A DNA stretch of 64,000 nt, from the NCBI GenBank assembly GCA_964035545.1, contig OZ037770.1, positions 2,046,001-2,110,000 on the forward strand. The letters run 5' to 3'. Within the stretch, counting starts at the first letter, position 1. Each line of letters opens with the position of its first letter. This document shows, piece by piece, positions 1 to 30,864 of the stretch. The notes under the pieces were generated by a model that did not search any database, was not told where the DNA came from, and saw only the letters and a program-made list of their open reading frames with translations. The stretch is from Bugula neritina (lineage: Eukaryota > Animalia > Bryozoa). A program made the position numbers and the translations under genes.

Positions 1-99
1 GATTAATGATGTGCTAAACTGTGTTGAGATTATTAATACCATTGAGCTTAATAACACCACCATGGCTTGTGCGAAAAATAGTAACAGAACAAGTGTGTA

Positions 100-2310
100 A
101 CAAAAAGGAAAAAGAAAAACTGACAATGTACAAGTATGGAAAATACGACTGCAGAAGAAATAAAAAGAAATTAGATCAGACTTAAGTAAAATAGCAGAGT
201 GAAAAAGTAGAGCTTACAATGATTCATTGAGAAGAATGGTTGAAGAAAAATAAAGGATAAAGAACAAAGAGTGTGGTGTAGTGATTGAAAAACTGAAGCA
301 AAACCTGAGAGCTGTAAGCCAGAAGATAAACAGATATACAGAATGAGTTGATCAATATAATCAGAACACAATGTTTACAATGATAAGCGCTTTTATCAAG
401 AATTACGAGGAAATGAATACGTACATCTAAAGAGGCACCTGACAAGGAAATCAAAAGCATTCTGATAAAATATAATTATGGGGTCAGCCAACTAAAAATA
501 ATACCAATGCAGAATGACTAAATAAAGTTAGCAACAAATTGGAGCATATGTAAAGACAAGGAAATTAGATCTTAGAAACGATGCAAACAACTGGAATAGC
601 AATTAATGTCATAAGGTTGATAAGAAAAAGCATGAAACCCGGAAAACACAACTGAAATACCTGGAAGAAAAGATAGGAGAAATAAAGATCAAACTAAGAA
701 TTTTCCAAGGAGACTCTTTATCTCTATCCCTTTTCTCCAACTACCGATTCGCATGACAGAAGCGGCTCAATGATGCAAATTTCGACGAGACAGAAAACAA
801 ACCATCTCCTATATGTGGATGACCTGAAGGTAAATAGGAAATCAAAGTCAGAACTGGAAGCTTTGGTAAACACTGCCGGGATCTTCACAAGGAATATAGA
901 AATGAAATTTGGATTAAAAAATGTGCCACACTGGTTATGAGAAAGGGAAAGAAAATCAAGGACACAGGAATCAGTTTGCCTGAGGAACAGGTAATTAAAG
1001 ATCTGGGTGAGAAGCCGTATAAATATCTAGGAGTTCTTGAGATTGATAGAATACAAATATATGAAATGAAAAATAAGATCAAGGAGTACTACAAACAAAT
1101 AAGAAAAGTTCTGGATTCAAAACTGAATGGTGAGAACACAATCAAAGCAATAAACACATGGGCAGTAACAGCAGTGCATTACACAGCTAGAATACTTGAC
1201 TGAACTGTTTCATGAGCTAAAAAATATGGACTGAAAGACAAGGAAGCTAATGACAACAAACCGCGCACCCTATCCGAGAGCAGATGTAGGCAGGCTGTAT
1301 TTTAGCAGAAGGGAAGGCGGTAGAAGAATGTTGTCAACTGAAAAATGCATAAAGATTGAAAACTGCAGCATGTCAGACTACATAAATATAACATAGACTG
1401 ATAGAAACACCACACTGAATACCTTCCTAAAAGACAGAACAGCGGTAGAACTAAATAATGATAAAGTGATAGAAAGAACTGATGAGTGTAAAGAAAAGCT
1501 TCACGTGGTCAATACATCAAAATGGTGGAAGACATGAAAGCATTTTCCTGAAACTGGTTGAAGTATGGTTGGCTGAAAAAGGAAACAGAAGGACTGCTGA
1601 CAGCTGCGCAAAATCAACTATTCACTACTAGAAATTATAAAGTGGCTATGATGAGAGAACAGGGTAGCAAGAAGTGTGGAATGTGTAACGCAAGATGCAC
1701 GTATTGAGTGAGTTTGAGAAGGTAGCAGAAGGAGAATATAAGAAAAAACACAACCTTTTGGCATTGATAATTTCAATAGTAGTTGTGTGAACTTCGTGGG
1801 TTTCAGAAAAGTAAGAATTGGTACGGCCATCAAGCAGAATAAGTACTGGAAAATGATAATGTGAAAACCTTGTAAGATTTTAACATACACACTGACGTAG
1901 TCATCAAAGTTAGGAGACCCGATATATTAGTAGTTGACAAGCATAATGCTGAAACAACGATAATTGATATCACAGTCCCTGTTAACTACAGAGTAAAAGA
2001 AAAAAATTCGAAAAGTTAGGAAAATATCAGAATTTAGCACTAGAATAAACCCGCCTTTGGAAAACATCAAAAAAGTCATCCCGTTGTAACTGGAGCCTTT
2101 GGAGCTTTATACAAGATTGTAGACTGGCTGACACTACTTGGAGTAGCTGAAAACAAATGCTCATTAATTCAGCAGACACCCTTACTAGGATCAGGATAAG
2201 CTCACATCCTGAGGAAAGTTCTAGCCATTTCAGCCTAGTATAACTAGGCCAATGGTAAAAGGTTACACCAGCTAAAAAACTACGGTCAATCAACAATAAT
2301 AATAATAATA
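100..2310 (+). mobile_element. Degenerate non-LTR retrotransposon with RT and restriction-like endonuclease (R4/Dong-like clade)
   Basis: Frame-shifted motifs in order: IFQGDSLS (~700), NHLLYVDDLK (~800), YKYLGVLE..KLNGENTIKAINTWAV (ORF 937-1203), YPRADVGRLYFSRREGGR (~1270), WLKKETEGLLTAAQNQ (~1570), RPDILVVDK..IIDITVP (~1915-1980). Ends in (AAT)n at ~2293-2309. The 5' boundary is approximate. Confidence 0.85.
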
Positions 2311-3351
2311 GTGCAGTTGGTTCTATTATTAGATTAGCATATCGATTATGACTTTTCGATTGCCACCCTGATACTATGAGTAAAATGTACAAGCATACGT
2401 GAAAGTATAGATATGATCATAAGTATAAAAATAGGTATAAGTATAAATATAAATATAGGTACAAGTATAAAACGAATGATTATATTATTAATAATATTAG
2501 TCAGTGATACCTATAACCGTAATGGTTTTTAGACTTACAGTTATCATTAACATTAGCTGAGTAATATGATTAGTTAAAATAATGGTATTCATTATTATAT
2601 CATAGTTATAAGTTATAACTCTAGTCTCTAAAGAGCAACAGCAAGTGTAATTGGGATATTCATATTAAATTTCATATTCACATAGTGAAATGTTTATGTT
2701 ATGAACTAATTTATTCCTTCAACATTTAACTATAAATATGATTAACACTAACTTTGACCAGCAGTATTACTAAAAGAAGCGTATTACAAATATAAGATAA
2801 TAAAATTCTAGTAGTAGGACTAATAGTATTACTAGGTCCAGTATTATTCTTGTTATCTTATTCATCATTCATGAGTTATCAAATTTAAAATTACTACTTA
2901 TTAGCATCAGCATATAAAAAGTAAGATCATTAGGAATAATTATCATGAGGTATGATCTATGATTTGCATTATCCATATATAGTTTAATATCAATATGATA
3001 TATTATTATTGCTGATAGTCTATGTTATAGTTAAATTTATACTTATCTTTACAGTTACCTATAGTAGCACTTATTAGTTATTTGTGGTAGCCAAACTAAT
3101 GTTTAATATTAATAAATTAAACTGAGTATCATAAAAGTGTTACTAAGAATTTTAATTATAATCGTAATGGTGATCATATTACTTTATTATAATTATTATA
3201 TTTTATCATTAATGCTAAACTGAGTTAATGTATATACTTTGAGTTTTACTATTACTCATTATATTTACACTTATAGTAAAACTAAATATGTAAAAGTTAT
3301 ACTTATACTATTATTATTCGTATTTCATTAGACTTACATCTAAGATCGCAG

Positions 3352-3414
3352 TCCTATTACTACTACCACTGATACTAGTACTACAACTAGTACTAGTACT
3401 GCTACTAGTACTAG

Positions 3415-3446
<32 letters not shown>

Positions 3447-3510
3447 ATAGTACTGTTACTACTACTACTACTAGTACTACTACTAGGTCTACTACTGTAC
3501 CAGTACAACT
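3352..3510. repeat. (CTA/TAG)n microsatellite with interspersed ACTAGT/TAGTAC units
   Basis: Directly visible; explains the poly-Ser ORF 3314-3508. Confidence 0.9.
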
Positions 3511-6500
3511 ACAAACTTTAAAAATAACTGCAAGAAAGGTATGACTTACTCTTTTTCTTAGTCTTACTGTGACTCTCAGTCGTAATGTAAAATAAAATTG
3601 TGAACTGTAAAGTTAAACCCAAGGCTGAAATTTATTTAATTAAATTTAGACAATCTGAATCATTGGCTCAATCCTTGAGTTTGACTATTACTATTATTAT
3701 TAGTGTTACGATTGTGATTATCATTGGCATTATGCCATTATGATTATCATTATGATTGTAATTGTGGTAATTCTAACATTAATTATAATCATAAATTAAA
3801 AGGTAATGATTAATGATAATTATTTTCATTTTGTAATCATAATGATAATCAAAATGATGTAAATTTTGATATAAAACCAAAATACTAAAACTAAAAGTAA
3901 AAGTTATAAAATTAAATGATAAAATATTATAATGATAATTATTATATTTATTATATTATTATTGAATATATTATTTCATTAGAAAATAGGTTGCAGCTTA
4001 GCATGATTAAAATTCAGTAAAAATTAGTTTACCAACAGCAAACATGCATGCGTCTTGTCAACATTCAATTCGTAGTGTCATAGCGAAGCCAGATTACTGG
4101 TAGTACGACTACTAGAACTACTACTACTAGTGATGGATTACAGATCCTTGGCGATTTTAGCTGTGAGTGACCTTCACCTCACATTCTCGTCATGTGCGCG
4201 GCATTAGACTAAGTAGAGGGTATGAAGCACTGAGCTGGAAAAGAAAGAATATATTTTAATTATAGGTAATACTAATAGTAATATAATTTATGGTAATATA
4301 TAGGTAATATTATTGAGTTCATTGGTATGGAGTATAGACCTATCACTGATAGTATCAGTATCAACTACCACTTACGTACTACTTCAACTTATAACTTACC
4401 TTCAACTCAAACTCAAACTGAAACTGCTTGGAATCATTTGTCTTTGATCATATTGGCATTGTCATTGTGATTGTAATAACTATTAATATTTTTAGTTCAA
4501 CATCAATGCCGAACATATTGTAATAACTAATAAGATAATCATAAGGCTGATATATTTTGCTAATACTAATACTAATAGTTATAGTAATAGTTATAGTAAT
4601 TCAGTGTCACTCTCACTCTGGTGGAGTGAGACTCAGACTTAGAGTTAGAGACAGAGTGAGTCCGAGTAAGTCTGAGTGTTGGTAATAGTAATAGTCATAT
4701 AAATTTAAATTATATTTACTTATTTCTAGCAATCACAATGGCAATAGTTATAGTAACTTTCACTTACTCTTAAATCATTGAACCTGGACTAAAAGTAAAA
4801 TTAAGCATTATGATTATCATTATGATTATACCTATGATTTTATTATGTTTAAGTTAAAAATCAATATCATGATAATATCATAGTGATAGACATATTATTG
4901 ATAAATGATAATATAAAAGTAATTTGATAAATTATACATTGATTTTGAATTAAGGTGATACTGATACTAGACCGCTACTGAAAGTGATAGTAATACTAAT
5001 AGTAATATGAATTTAAGTTATATTTACTCATTACCGGCAATCACAATGGCAATAGTAACTTAAACTGTAACAGTAATGGTATGGGTATGTTTGAAATTGT
5101 CACTATCAGTATTGCTATGAATCAAAATATAATGCTATCATACCAATAATTTAAAATAGTATTACAAAGCTTCAGTAGCAACTTTTACTTGTACCAGTTT
5201 GGAATTTTGAATTATACATATTCTTAGTTAAAGTCTTCAAGTTTATTGTCAAAATGAACTTGAAATTAAAGACTCAGTAGTAAAAATTAAACTAAGACTG
5301 ACTGTAAGTGACTAAGATTAAAAATAAGTAATTTTAAATATCGATTTAGTATTTTTCTTACTCTTTGTCTTAAAATTGACTTTTATTTTGCACCTACTCC
5401 TGGTCAATGATTCTTTTTTCTATTTATATTACTATTGCTATTAGTATAATTGACTTAAATTTAATAATAGATATGATTATATCTTTATAAATGTGATATT
5501 TGATTTTATGAATAGTAATTCGAAAACTCTTTGGTATTATTTATTTTTGATCATTGTAGTTATTATCATTATATTTGTATAATAATTATGATTATCAAAT
5601 TCAATATCGATATTTGTATTATGGTATGGATATCTGCCTCCATCCCATGTTCTGTTTTGCAGTGCCTTTTTACATTCACGTCTAGGTTCACATTGCGATG
5701 GTCATACTGATAGCACTTGGGGACAGTGATGAGCATAATGATTAGCACTAATATTAGGATTATCGTTATTAGGATTTAGAATAATTTAATAAACAAGCAA
5801 CTTAAAACAAATGTTTTTACTAATATACATATTAATTACTAATATAAATATACTACTATGAATATTATAATTATTATACTTTACAATTCAAAGTAAGATA
5901 ATCATAATACGAACTGGTAAAACTAAATATAAAGTAAATGTAATAATACTAATAGTAGTTATCCATTCCCCTTTGGTTTCACATACTAATAATTGGAAAC
6001 CTCTGTCCTAATATTATTTCTATTAATATTGCTCAAAGTTTGATCCCTATTTAATTTTATAGTTCACTCACCAGCTACATAATTTTATTAAAATACATGT
6101 GGTATTGGTTATAGTACTAGTGAAACTTGAAGTTGAATAGCATGCTTATTACTCACTGCTCTTTGCTTACATTATTAGGGTTACTCTTTAGTCTTAGAGA
6201 TACCCTAACATAAACTTGAAAGCTGGAGGTAGTACTAGTCTAGTGCTGTGTTAATCCTACACTGTTGACTTATCAACACTGTGACTATAATTATGACTCC
6301 TAAGTCAAAGTCATTTTCATATAGTAGTAATCACTATGACAGACTGAAAGTCAGGAAGACTAAATATAATGGTAAAGTGTGTAAGAATAAATCATACTTA
6401 ATCAATTATTTTTAGTTTTGTTACCAGTGTTGGGTCAACTTTCAGAATAAAGAATAAATATAATTATAAAGATAAATGGATAAAAATTCCAATCATGGTT

Positions 6501-8029
6501 TAATGTGCCTATTTTAAGCTGTTAATTTAATTACTATAATATAAGTGCTCAAAATACAACTTTTGATTTTCATAATTATGTTTTAATTTAATACAGAGCC
6601 ATAGTATCATATACAGTAGAATCAGTTGTATCTTATTTAATAATGAAGTAACTTATTGGAGCTTTCACAGTTATTAATTATTTACTTGTTAGTCTTTGAA
6701 CTGGGACAATGTTTGAAACTTGAAGTAGAATGAAGTTTGATTTCAGTTACCGCAATGGTATCTGCAGTCACAATAGGAATACGCATATAACTATGTTTAT
6801 ATTTGTGAAAAATATATAGTCAAAACTAGATAAGGTAATAGTAATTATAATTGGTTTCACTTTTAATATATTCCTATAAATTGGAAAATAGACAGAAGCA
6901 TTTAATCATGAAAGTAAACCTAGTGGAAGTAAATCAATTCACTAAGTATAGTAAAATATTTACTATTCAGTAAGTTTATTTACTTTAGTTAATTGTACTT
7001 GATTATTTCTGTCGGTTTTTCAGTTGATTTTTCTACCTTTTGCTATAGCATATCAAACTACCACAAAGTCATGCTTCCGTATTACAATTATAAACATAGT
7101 GTTACTGTGTAATGTTATAGTAATGTAATAGTAATATTTGGATCATTGTAAGTATTTCTGTTGTTGTACTGATTGATAAATATTTTTTAGCTTGCATGGA
7201 TATTTGCAACGATCAAGATGTCATTTAAACCTGGACTGGAATAAAGATGGCAAATCGAGAAGCTAGCTACAATTATTCTGCAGAAAGAAACTTGGTAAGC
7301 AAAAATAAGCTGCAGCATTAAGCAGTAAGCAATATGACGATGAACTTTGCTTGATTTTGATTGACCTTAAAATATCTGGTCACCTTTCACCAACGTGGTC
7401 CTGCGCGGGTGGCGGGTGACCTTAAAATGTCTGTTGCACGTAAAATAAATTTTGTGACAGTCAAAAGTATGCTGATCTTTTTCGTATTTCAGTGCATCGG
7501 TGTCTTAGCTTAAAAGCTGAACCCAACAATTATGATCTAAAGCTGTTTTTTACTAGAAAGTGATTTTACTGTCTTTCTGATTATTCTTGGTTTTTCAGCT
7601 TGATGAATTGAATAAATGGATTTGATTTCGGGTATTATGTAATGGATGAAAGAAATTTTTCTTAAATTTGTACTGAGCAATTTTTGCTATTGCTATGATG
7701 TTTAAAATTGCACCCTTAATAACCCTGAAAACTTTCATTACTAGCATTTGTTTATGTTCATTTTTAGGAAATTAAAATGAAGACACAACTCACCGATGCT
7801 ATCTCACTGTGCCTGCATGCAGTTTATCTAAAAAGGTACTCCTATTAGCTGGCTCTTGCCCAATACCTGGTTGTCTCTGTAACTATTTTTTGCTCGCAGA
7901 TGAGTTTTTTGAACTTGACATTTTATTGATTTTGAAAGTTATAGTTAGCTTTGAACTTGCTAGCATCGTTTTTAAAGACTTGCTGCAGTTTTTATCAACA
8001 TTTTTTAAGTCAATGGTGTTAGTTTGGAA

Positions 8030-8365
8030 GCTCTCTCACTCCTCTCTCTGTCTCTTTCTCCCACACCTTCCACTCAACCTCTCTCTCTTTCTCCCCCTCT
8101 CTCCCACCCTCCCTCTCTCCCACCCTCCCTCTCTCCCACCCTCTGTCTCTCCCACCTTCTCTCTCTCCCACTCTCCGTCTCTCCCACCTTCTCTCTCTCC
8201 CACTCTCCGTCTCTCCCACCTTCTCTCTCTCCTAACCTTTCTCTCTTCCCTTTTCCACTATCTCTCTGACTCTCTCCCTTTCTCTCTTCTACCCCATCTC
8301 TCTTCCATCCTCTCTCCTAACCTTTCTCTCCCACCCCCCCCCTCTCCCACTCTCTTTCTCTCTCT
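8030..8365. repeat. CT-rich polypyrimidine minisatellite (ctctcccacc-type units)
   Basis: Nearly purine-free tract; explains the low-complexity ORFs at 7809-8447 and 8019-8269. Confidence 0.9.
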
Positions 8366-11300
8366 AGTTTGCGTGGCTTTACCCAATTTTGGTTTATTTT
8401 TTTATTTTGTCTCAGAGTATCCAAAAGGAAAGCTAAAATTTATTTAATATATATTATACCAACTTGAGCTTTACATATAATATCAAATAAATGCTGTGTT
8501 TTGTTAAAACAATGTTTGCAACTTTGTAGTATATTCAAATTCATAATTTATTTGTAGAGTCACACAACAAGACACTACTCTGACACACTCACAAGTTGTC
8601 ACTGATCCAGCAGTATAGATGATTGTTTTCTCCACTGGCTATGCTGTCACGCTTTACTGTTGTGGTGTTTGAAACAAACCAATTGTTTGCCTACGCAGAT
8701 TAGGGTGAGAAAAAAAGTGAGAAATGAAAGCTGTTTTTAATACCAACTACACTTAGTTTTTATTGAATGAAAAACAAAGTGAAATCATTAGTTATCCGTT
8801 AAATGACTAAATCATTGTTTATAAAGATGAAACACAAATAATCTTATAATATGCTAATGAAATTTGGCTTTCAAATAGCTTTTTTCTGTATATTTGTTGA
8901 GGAAGTTTATCTTCAACAAAACTTCGTAGCTGTTGAATATGTGGAGAGTATTTTATATTGCATAAATTTATAGAGTAAAAGGTTCTCATCAAACTTTTAC
9001 AACTTAGCTCATCGACGGTTTAAAAGTGTGAGTCACCCTTCACACTAGAGTTTTATAAAGTTTTAATGAATGTGCAGTATTTTATAAAATATTGTGTGTC
9101 TCGTAAATTTAGCTATTTCTACCTTTTCAGTGAGATTGGAGTAAACACACCTCAAAACTCACATCTGGTATCACATTGATTTATCGCAAGTCAAAGTACA
9201 CCTACTAACTCTTCCTTCCTTAATACCTGCTTGCTTTTGCACTTCTACTCATTTCATATACCTAACATTTCTCTTGCAGATGAATTACATCTTTTAAGTT
9301 GTAAAAGCCTTAAATAGCATGAAATTAATGAGGTTTAAACCGTGGCCACACTAACTATTGATGCGTTTATTGATGGGTTAAATTACACGAAAATATTGTC
9401 TCTTTCTTTTTAGTTTCACCTAAAGTATTACATACTATTGATGGAGGCTTTGCTGAAGTTCTTGGGTGATGATTTGTCAATAATTTTCCAGAGAAGATGA
9501 TGCCACGGTGGCTGGCATCATTATGCAGTTTCCAAATTTCTTTCGGCTTTGCTCTAGTGAAAATGTTGGAAAACAATCAACAAAAAGGTTTGTACCATAA
9601 ACAAAGTTATTGTGTGCATGTTGCCAAAGCATAAAGTGTGCTGGACATTTTTAAGTTTCTGTTGAGTTGCGTTTATGCTTTTCCTGCATGAAAAAAGTTC
9701 CAGTTTCAGTTAATATCACTAGCGGAGTGCCCACCTATATTTTAAATCATATTGATGCATAAGTTCTTTTTGTAATATTAAAAGTATAACTTGCTTAATT
9801 GCTATTCAATGCCCTTTGAAGTTTCCAACTGTAATTAATTAGTTGATTTGGCAGCATAGTATCGATGATTGATGAAGGCAGCCGATATAATTATAAGCAA
9901 AATATCTATATCTACATGAAGATGTCATTCCCAATGATTGTTATTCTGAAATCAGCTGATTAAGTTATCACAAACTAAACATTTTGACCAGCGGCTTGCA
10001 ATGCAACTCGGTGAAATTTCAGACCTAGATAAATTGAATTTCTTACTGAAAATCGTGAAGGTATTAAAGTTTAAAGTGAAAGTTTAAAGGGTCATCTCTC
10101 TGCGAATTCTAATAGCATGGTGCCAATTAGACTTGAAAAAATTTCAAGGCACTACAAAGCACTAAGCCCATTCTTACAAGTAGTTTCAAAGTGCACTGGA
10201 ATTTCAGTTTACTTGTCATTGTATAGAATCCTGATCTACACTATATAGCATTCACTATTGCCTGCTTCTTCTAAGCATCTATAATGTATTAACTACAGTT
10301 TGCTTTGAGAAGTGAATTTCTACTTGGTATTTTTTCCTTATCGTTCTGTTGTTTGCCAGTAGTCTTAATTTAATGGATTTTCCCTTTTCAAAAGTGGTTG
10401 TGACAATCAAAACACATCATGCAGCCTGCAACTACACAATCCGTCAGTAATTTCTTCCATTAAAGTAGCTCTTCTGGTTACTCTTGCTCACCTAAAAGCC
10501 TGAGTCTCATTCAAATTGCAATTTTTTAGAGTTGTTAGTTTTTCATGCAGTCTTTCATTTTTTTTTTGTTAGGCACAAAATTAGTATTCACTAGACCTAA
10601 TCTTTCACCTGCATGTATGCCTATTGTTTGTTCATTAAAGAAAAACCTCTGCTGAATATTGAACTAATAATGAAAATAAATTCCCTAAACTAAAAGTAGC
10701 AGTGTAATTTTGGTATTACAATTAGTTGTTAGCATAGAGTCAAGTTATTGACAGGAATTTTCAAATTGAAATGAATGAATTTCATTGTAAGTCAGCAAGA
10801 TTTAGTCTAAGTAAACATAGCATTACATCGTGTTTTATTTAGCATTTGCAGAAGGCAACATATATTTTAAGGATTATTGTAAACTTAAATGTAATTTTAA
10901 GTACTTTCCATGTTTGTTATTGTAGATGGTCTTGTTCTTTGGGATGGATGTGACAACTCCTTGTGTCAAGCTTAACTGATTGACTACTGAATCCCAATCA
11001 TATGTTTTGCCAAAAAATGTGAAAATGGAGTGCATGTCTACTTTATTTGAGAAAATATTAAAAATACTTTTGAAACTTCATCTAGCCAAACAATACAACA
11101 GTTTCATTTCATTAAAAAATATCATTTGCACAAAAATGTATTATGTAATCGAACAATTTCTAGAAAAAAAGTGCTTTCCTCCAGTTTTGCTAATGAACTA
11201 CATTTTTCATTATATGCTTGTCTTTATAATTTTATTATTTGTTTTTTCTGGTGAGTCAATTAAAGTCAATTCAACCTAGAAAAGTCTGAATTTCAGACTT

Positions 11301-12763
11301 AATTTCAAGCTAGAATATTCACATTTTTAGGTCTGCGTTTGCAAACATTGTTGTGTTACTTTACTTTTTATATTTTTTGAAATAAATATCTTTTTAGCTT
11401 GTGCCTATTCATGATTAGAATAGTATAATAATATTTAACTTTTCTTCAATTTCAATAGATGAAAATGTTGATCAGTTGGAGTATTCAGTTTAGCTGAATT
11501 TTACTTGCTTCTGCGAAAACAATCTTTTGGAGTTGTCTGCCCTCTCTTTAGGTATTTTTTTAACCTATGGTCAACGCAATAATTATAACTTTTTAAAGAT
11601 GCTTGTGAACCTAACAATATAGCATAACTATCAAACCACATTATTCAATATCTGCATAAAATTTAGCCGATAAGCTGCCACCCAATGAGCTTGAAAAGAT
11701 ATTAGAATTCTAGCTCAGTGCTGCCATCAATGTAGATATTTATAATGATATAAAGCCAAAACTCATTGCATGAAATTATCTAACCATTCCTGACAAAGAA
11801 TCGAGATAATAACTCCAAAGTTGGTCAGTTGAAACCACAGCAATAATACTTTAATATATACTTATAATTGTCAGGTTTAATTTTATACCAAGCCCCAATA
11901 AGTACATATAACTATGACAACACAGCCTAAGCACCTCCAATGCAAGAAATTTAGTATTGTGGTGCTGCAAATCCTCCAGTTACAAATGAGTAGAGCTTTC
12001 ATGATTATTGGTCTACCATAATGTTTATTTAGTTTTAAGGACTAGCATAAATGCTATTATATGCGGGAGGTATTTGAAAAGCTTCCAACTCCATCTTCAA
12101 CTACGGGCTATTATAATTATGCCGATAAACGAGATACTACACTCAGACTGCCCTGTTATAGTACTATGATTGGCTACTGCAAAATTTTTGCCGATAGACA
12201 ACATTTAATTATGATGTAATGTATCTCGTATTGGTACATAAGTGTTATGTCTGAGGACGAGATACTGTGAAATTATGCCCTGCTATATAGTGGTGCTATC
12301 CATCCAATTGTTTTTTATTAAAAGACTTTAGAACATATAGCTAGTTTAGAAATTAGTTTTATCTTGCTTTGTCCGAATTATAGTAGGTATATGCATGGTA
12401 GCTAAATGAACTTAACACACATATTTTTTAATACGGGGAAAATACTATAGATATTAGATAATATACAGTATAAACTGGCTGCAATCAAATTGAGTAATTT
12501 TTAAAATAAAATATACATTATATGTTTCATTCATTCTTTGATTATACAATATAGGCTTATAATAATTTGAGGCAATTTTTAATTAATTAATTATATCTGT
12601 ATTTTGTCAACTAACTGCTATTCTATTTTTGCTATTACAATATTTTACTTCACTTGCTTATTGAATGACGTGCAATTTCTTTTTCAAAGTACTTGTTTTT
12701 ACAGTTTAAAATTATATAAACTTGGTTTAATTTATATAAAAAAATATATATATACAACTTTCA

Positions 12764-29069
<16,306 letters not shown>

Positions 29070-29238
29070 GGTTAGCTGGAGGAGGGTTTGAATTCAGAGC
29101 TGATACTTTTCATCCAATCCCGGTCAGGAAGGCTTGACTTCAAAGCTGATGCTTGACTTCAGTGCCGGCCAAAGCAGATATGATTTAGCTAAGCATTAGT
29201 TAAATGTTCCCAGAACAATGTTTATTCAATAAATTCCA

Positions 29239-30864
29239 TCAAATCAAACAACAGCTGAAAAATATAACATGACTGAAATTTGATCATAGCTGATAAAATA
29301 ACTGAGCTCAATTATTCATAGGTAGAGGATCTAAAACACTTTATATTTTAATTAAAAGACGAGAAGTTTTTTATTAGATAAACAAATAGTTCAAAAGGCA
29401 TTTATGCTTATCAAATGGATGTCTACTATATTGTACATATATAATCGCTAATATAAACAATTGAATGCCTGCTGTGTCTGTCATCATATGATGTAAATGT
29501 ATATAGATTAGAGTTACATGTTTGACAGAATCTATCATTTAATGTAACTCAACGCCCTGATGTTATAAACTTACCATCTCTCACTTATACACTCATGCCC
29601 TTGCAGTGGTATTTTCCAATTGCCCTGGACATATACGAAAGCCTCAGTATAATGTATGTATATATATTTTCGCAATATCTACATGTATAGGAACATAGAA
29701 ATGATACCAATGCATGGCATATATGTCACTCCCTGCTTGGTATGTAATACATGGACATAGAGAAGTAAAACCAATTGTAATTAGAACGTGTGGTGTAGGA
29801 AGGCTATTAGCTGGCAACTTTCCAAGTGTTGATTTGCAAATTGACAGAGTGATTGCACAATGTAGCAATTAAACTAGTGCATTAAATAGGTAGGAGTAGA
29901 AACCCATTTTTATGACAAACTGATTAAACTAGTTTTGATAACATTAACATTAACCTTAAGCACGAAATGGGAGTTACATAGATATTTTAAATTAATATAT
30001 AACATTTATAGTTTGAATAGAACTGTTTATCTCATTAACCTTACATAAAACATAGTTTATCAGGTCAACTGGAATCTTATTTTTGACATTCCTATAATGA
30101 CCTTTCAATGTTCTAGAACATTCAAAGGTCATAGGAAGGTCAGAACTAAAGTTTTAGTGGTAGTGCTATCATAGAATCAGTTAGTTTATTGCAAGGCACT
30201 TGGTGCTATGAGGTTCAGTATATATTTCCTTTCTACTATATAATATACTAAATGGTTAATTAAATCTGAAATAAAATTACATACTTCTCAACATCAATTT
30301 GTATATGAATAGTGTAGACTTTGTAATCTTGTCAACATCACATGACTTTTAGCAGTATATAAACGCAGCAGTTGTGACACCTGTGGTCACCTATCAGTAC
30401 GTTAACACAGTAGTTGTGACACTTGCGATCACCTACTATAATATATAGACAGAGCAGTTGTGACACCTGTGATCACCTGTCAGTACGTTAACACAGTAGT
30501 TGTGACACTTGCGATCACCTACTATAATATATAGACAGAGCAGTTGTGACACCTGTGATCACCTGTCAGTACGTTAACACAGTAGTTGTGACACTTGCGA
30601 TCACCTACTATAATATATAGACAGAGCAGTTGTGACACCTGTGATCACCTGTCAGTACGTTAACACAGTAGTTGTGACACTTGTGATCACCTACTATAAT
30701 ATATAGACAGAGCAATTGTGACACCTGTGATCACCTACCAGCATATAAACAGAGCAGTTGTGACACCTGTGATCACCTGTCAGTGTTAACCTCTTTAGAC
30801 TAGTCACTATACCTGTTCAGTGCAGTTACACTTCTTAAACTTTATCTTGCCAGTTGAAGATAGT
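29239..30864 (-). CDS. Candidate small exons 30813-30864, 29575-29624 and 29239-29254 encoding …LSSTGKIKFKKCNCTEQ-GNWKIPLQGHECISER-CCCLI* (or 5'UTR exons of the GTPase gene)
   Basis: Good acceptors and donors (ttttacag/gtatag; gtccag/gtaagt; tttttcag). They join in an open frame ending in a CaaX-like motif, with AATAAA at 29221-29226. No transcript evidence. Confidence 0.45.
30355..30790. repeat. Minisatellite, 86-bp unit made of two diverged ~43-bp monomers, ~5 units
   Basis: gca(g/a)ttgtgacacctgtg recurs at 30368, 30454, 30540, 30626, 30712 and 30754. Confidence 0.95.

Noticed and set aside
7380-7470. GC-rich patch resembling a hAT-type MITE end
   Set aside because: No matching second terminus or TSD found.
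7809-8447. 212-aa ORF
   Set aside because: Mostly a translation of the CT-rich repeat, non-ATG start, no domain.
9300-10600. Possible decayed MULE/SWIM-type transposase on the minus strand (EISPSCIASRWSK, CSC-like bits)
   Set aside because: Motifs too fragmentary to support without a translated profile search.
11505-11545. Possible further GTPase-gene exon (EGRQLQKIVFAEA)
   Set aside because: Purine-rich, poor acceptor and no continuing exon found.
30355-30790. CRISPR-like repeat/spacer appearance
   Set aside because: The spacers are themselves repeated, the context is eukaryotic and there are no cas genes; it is a minisatellite.
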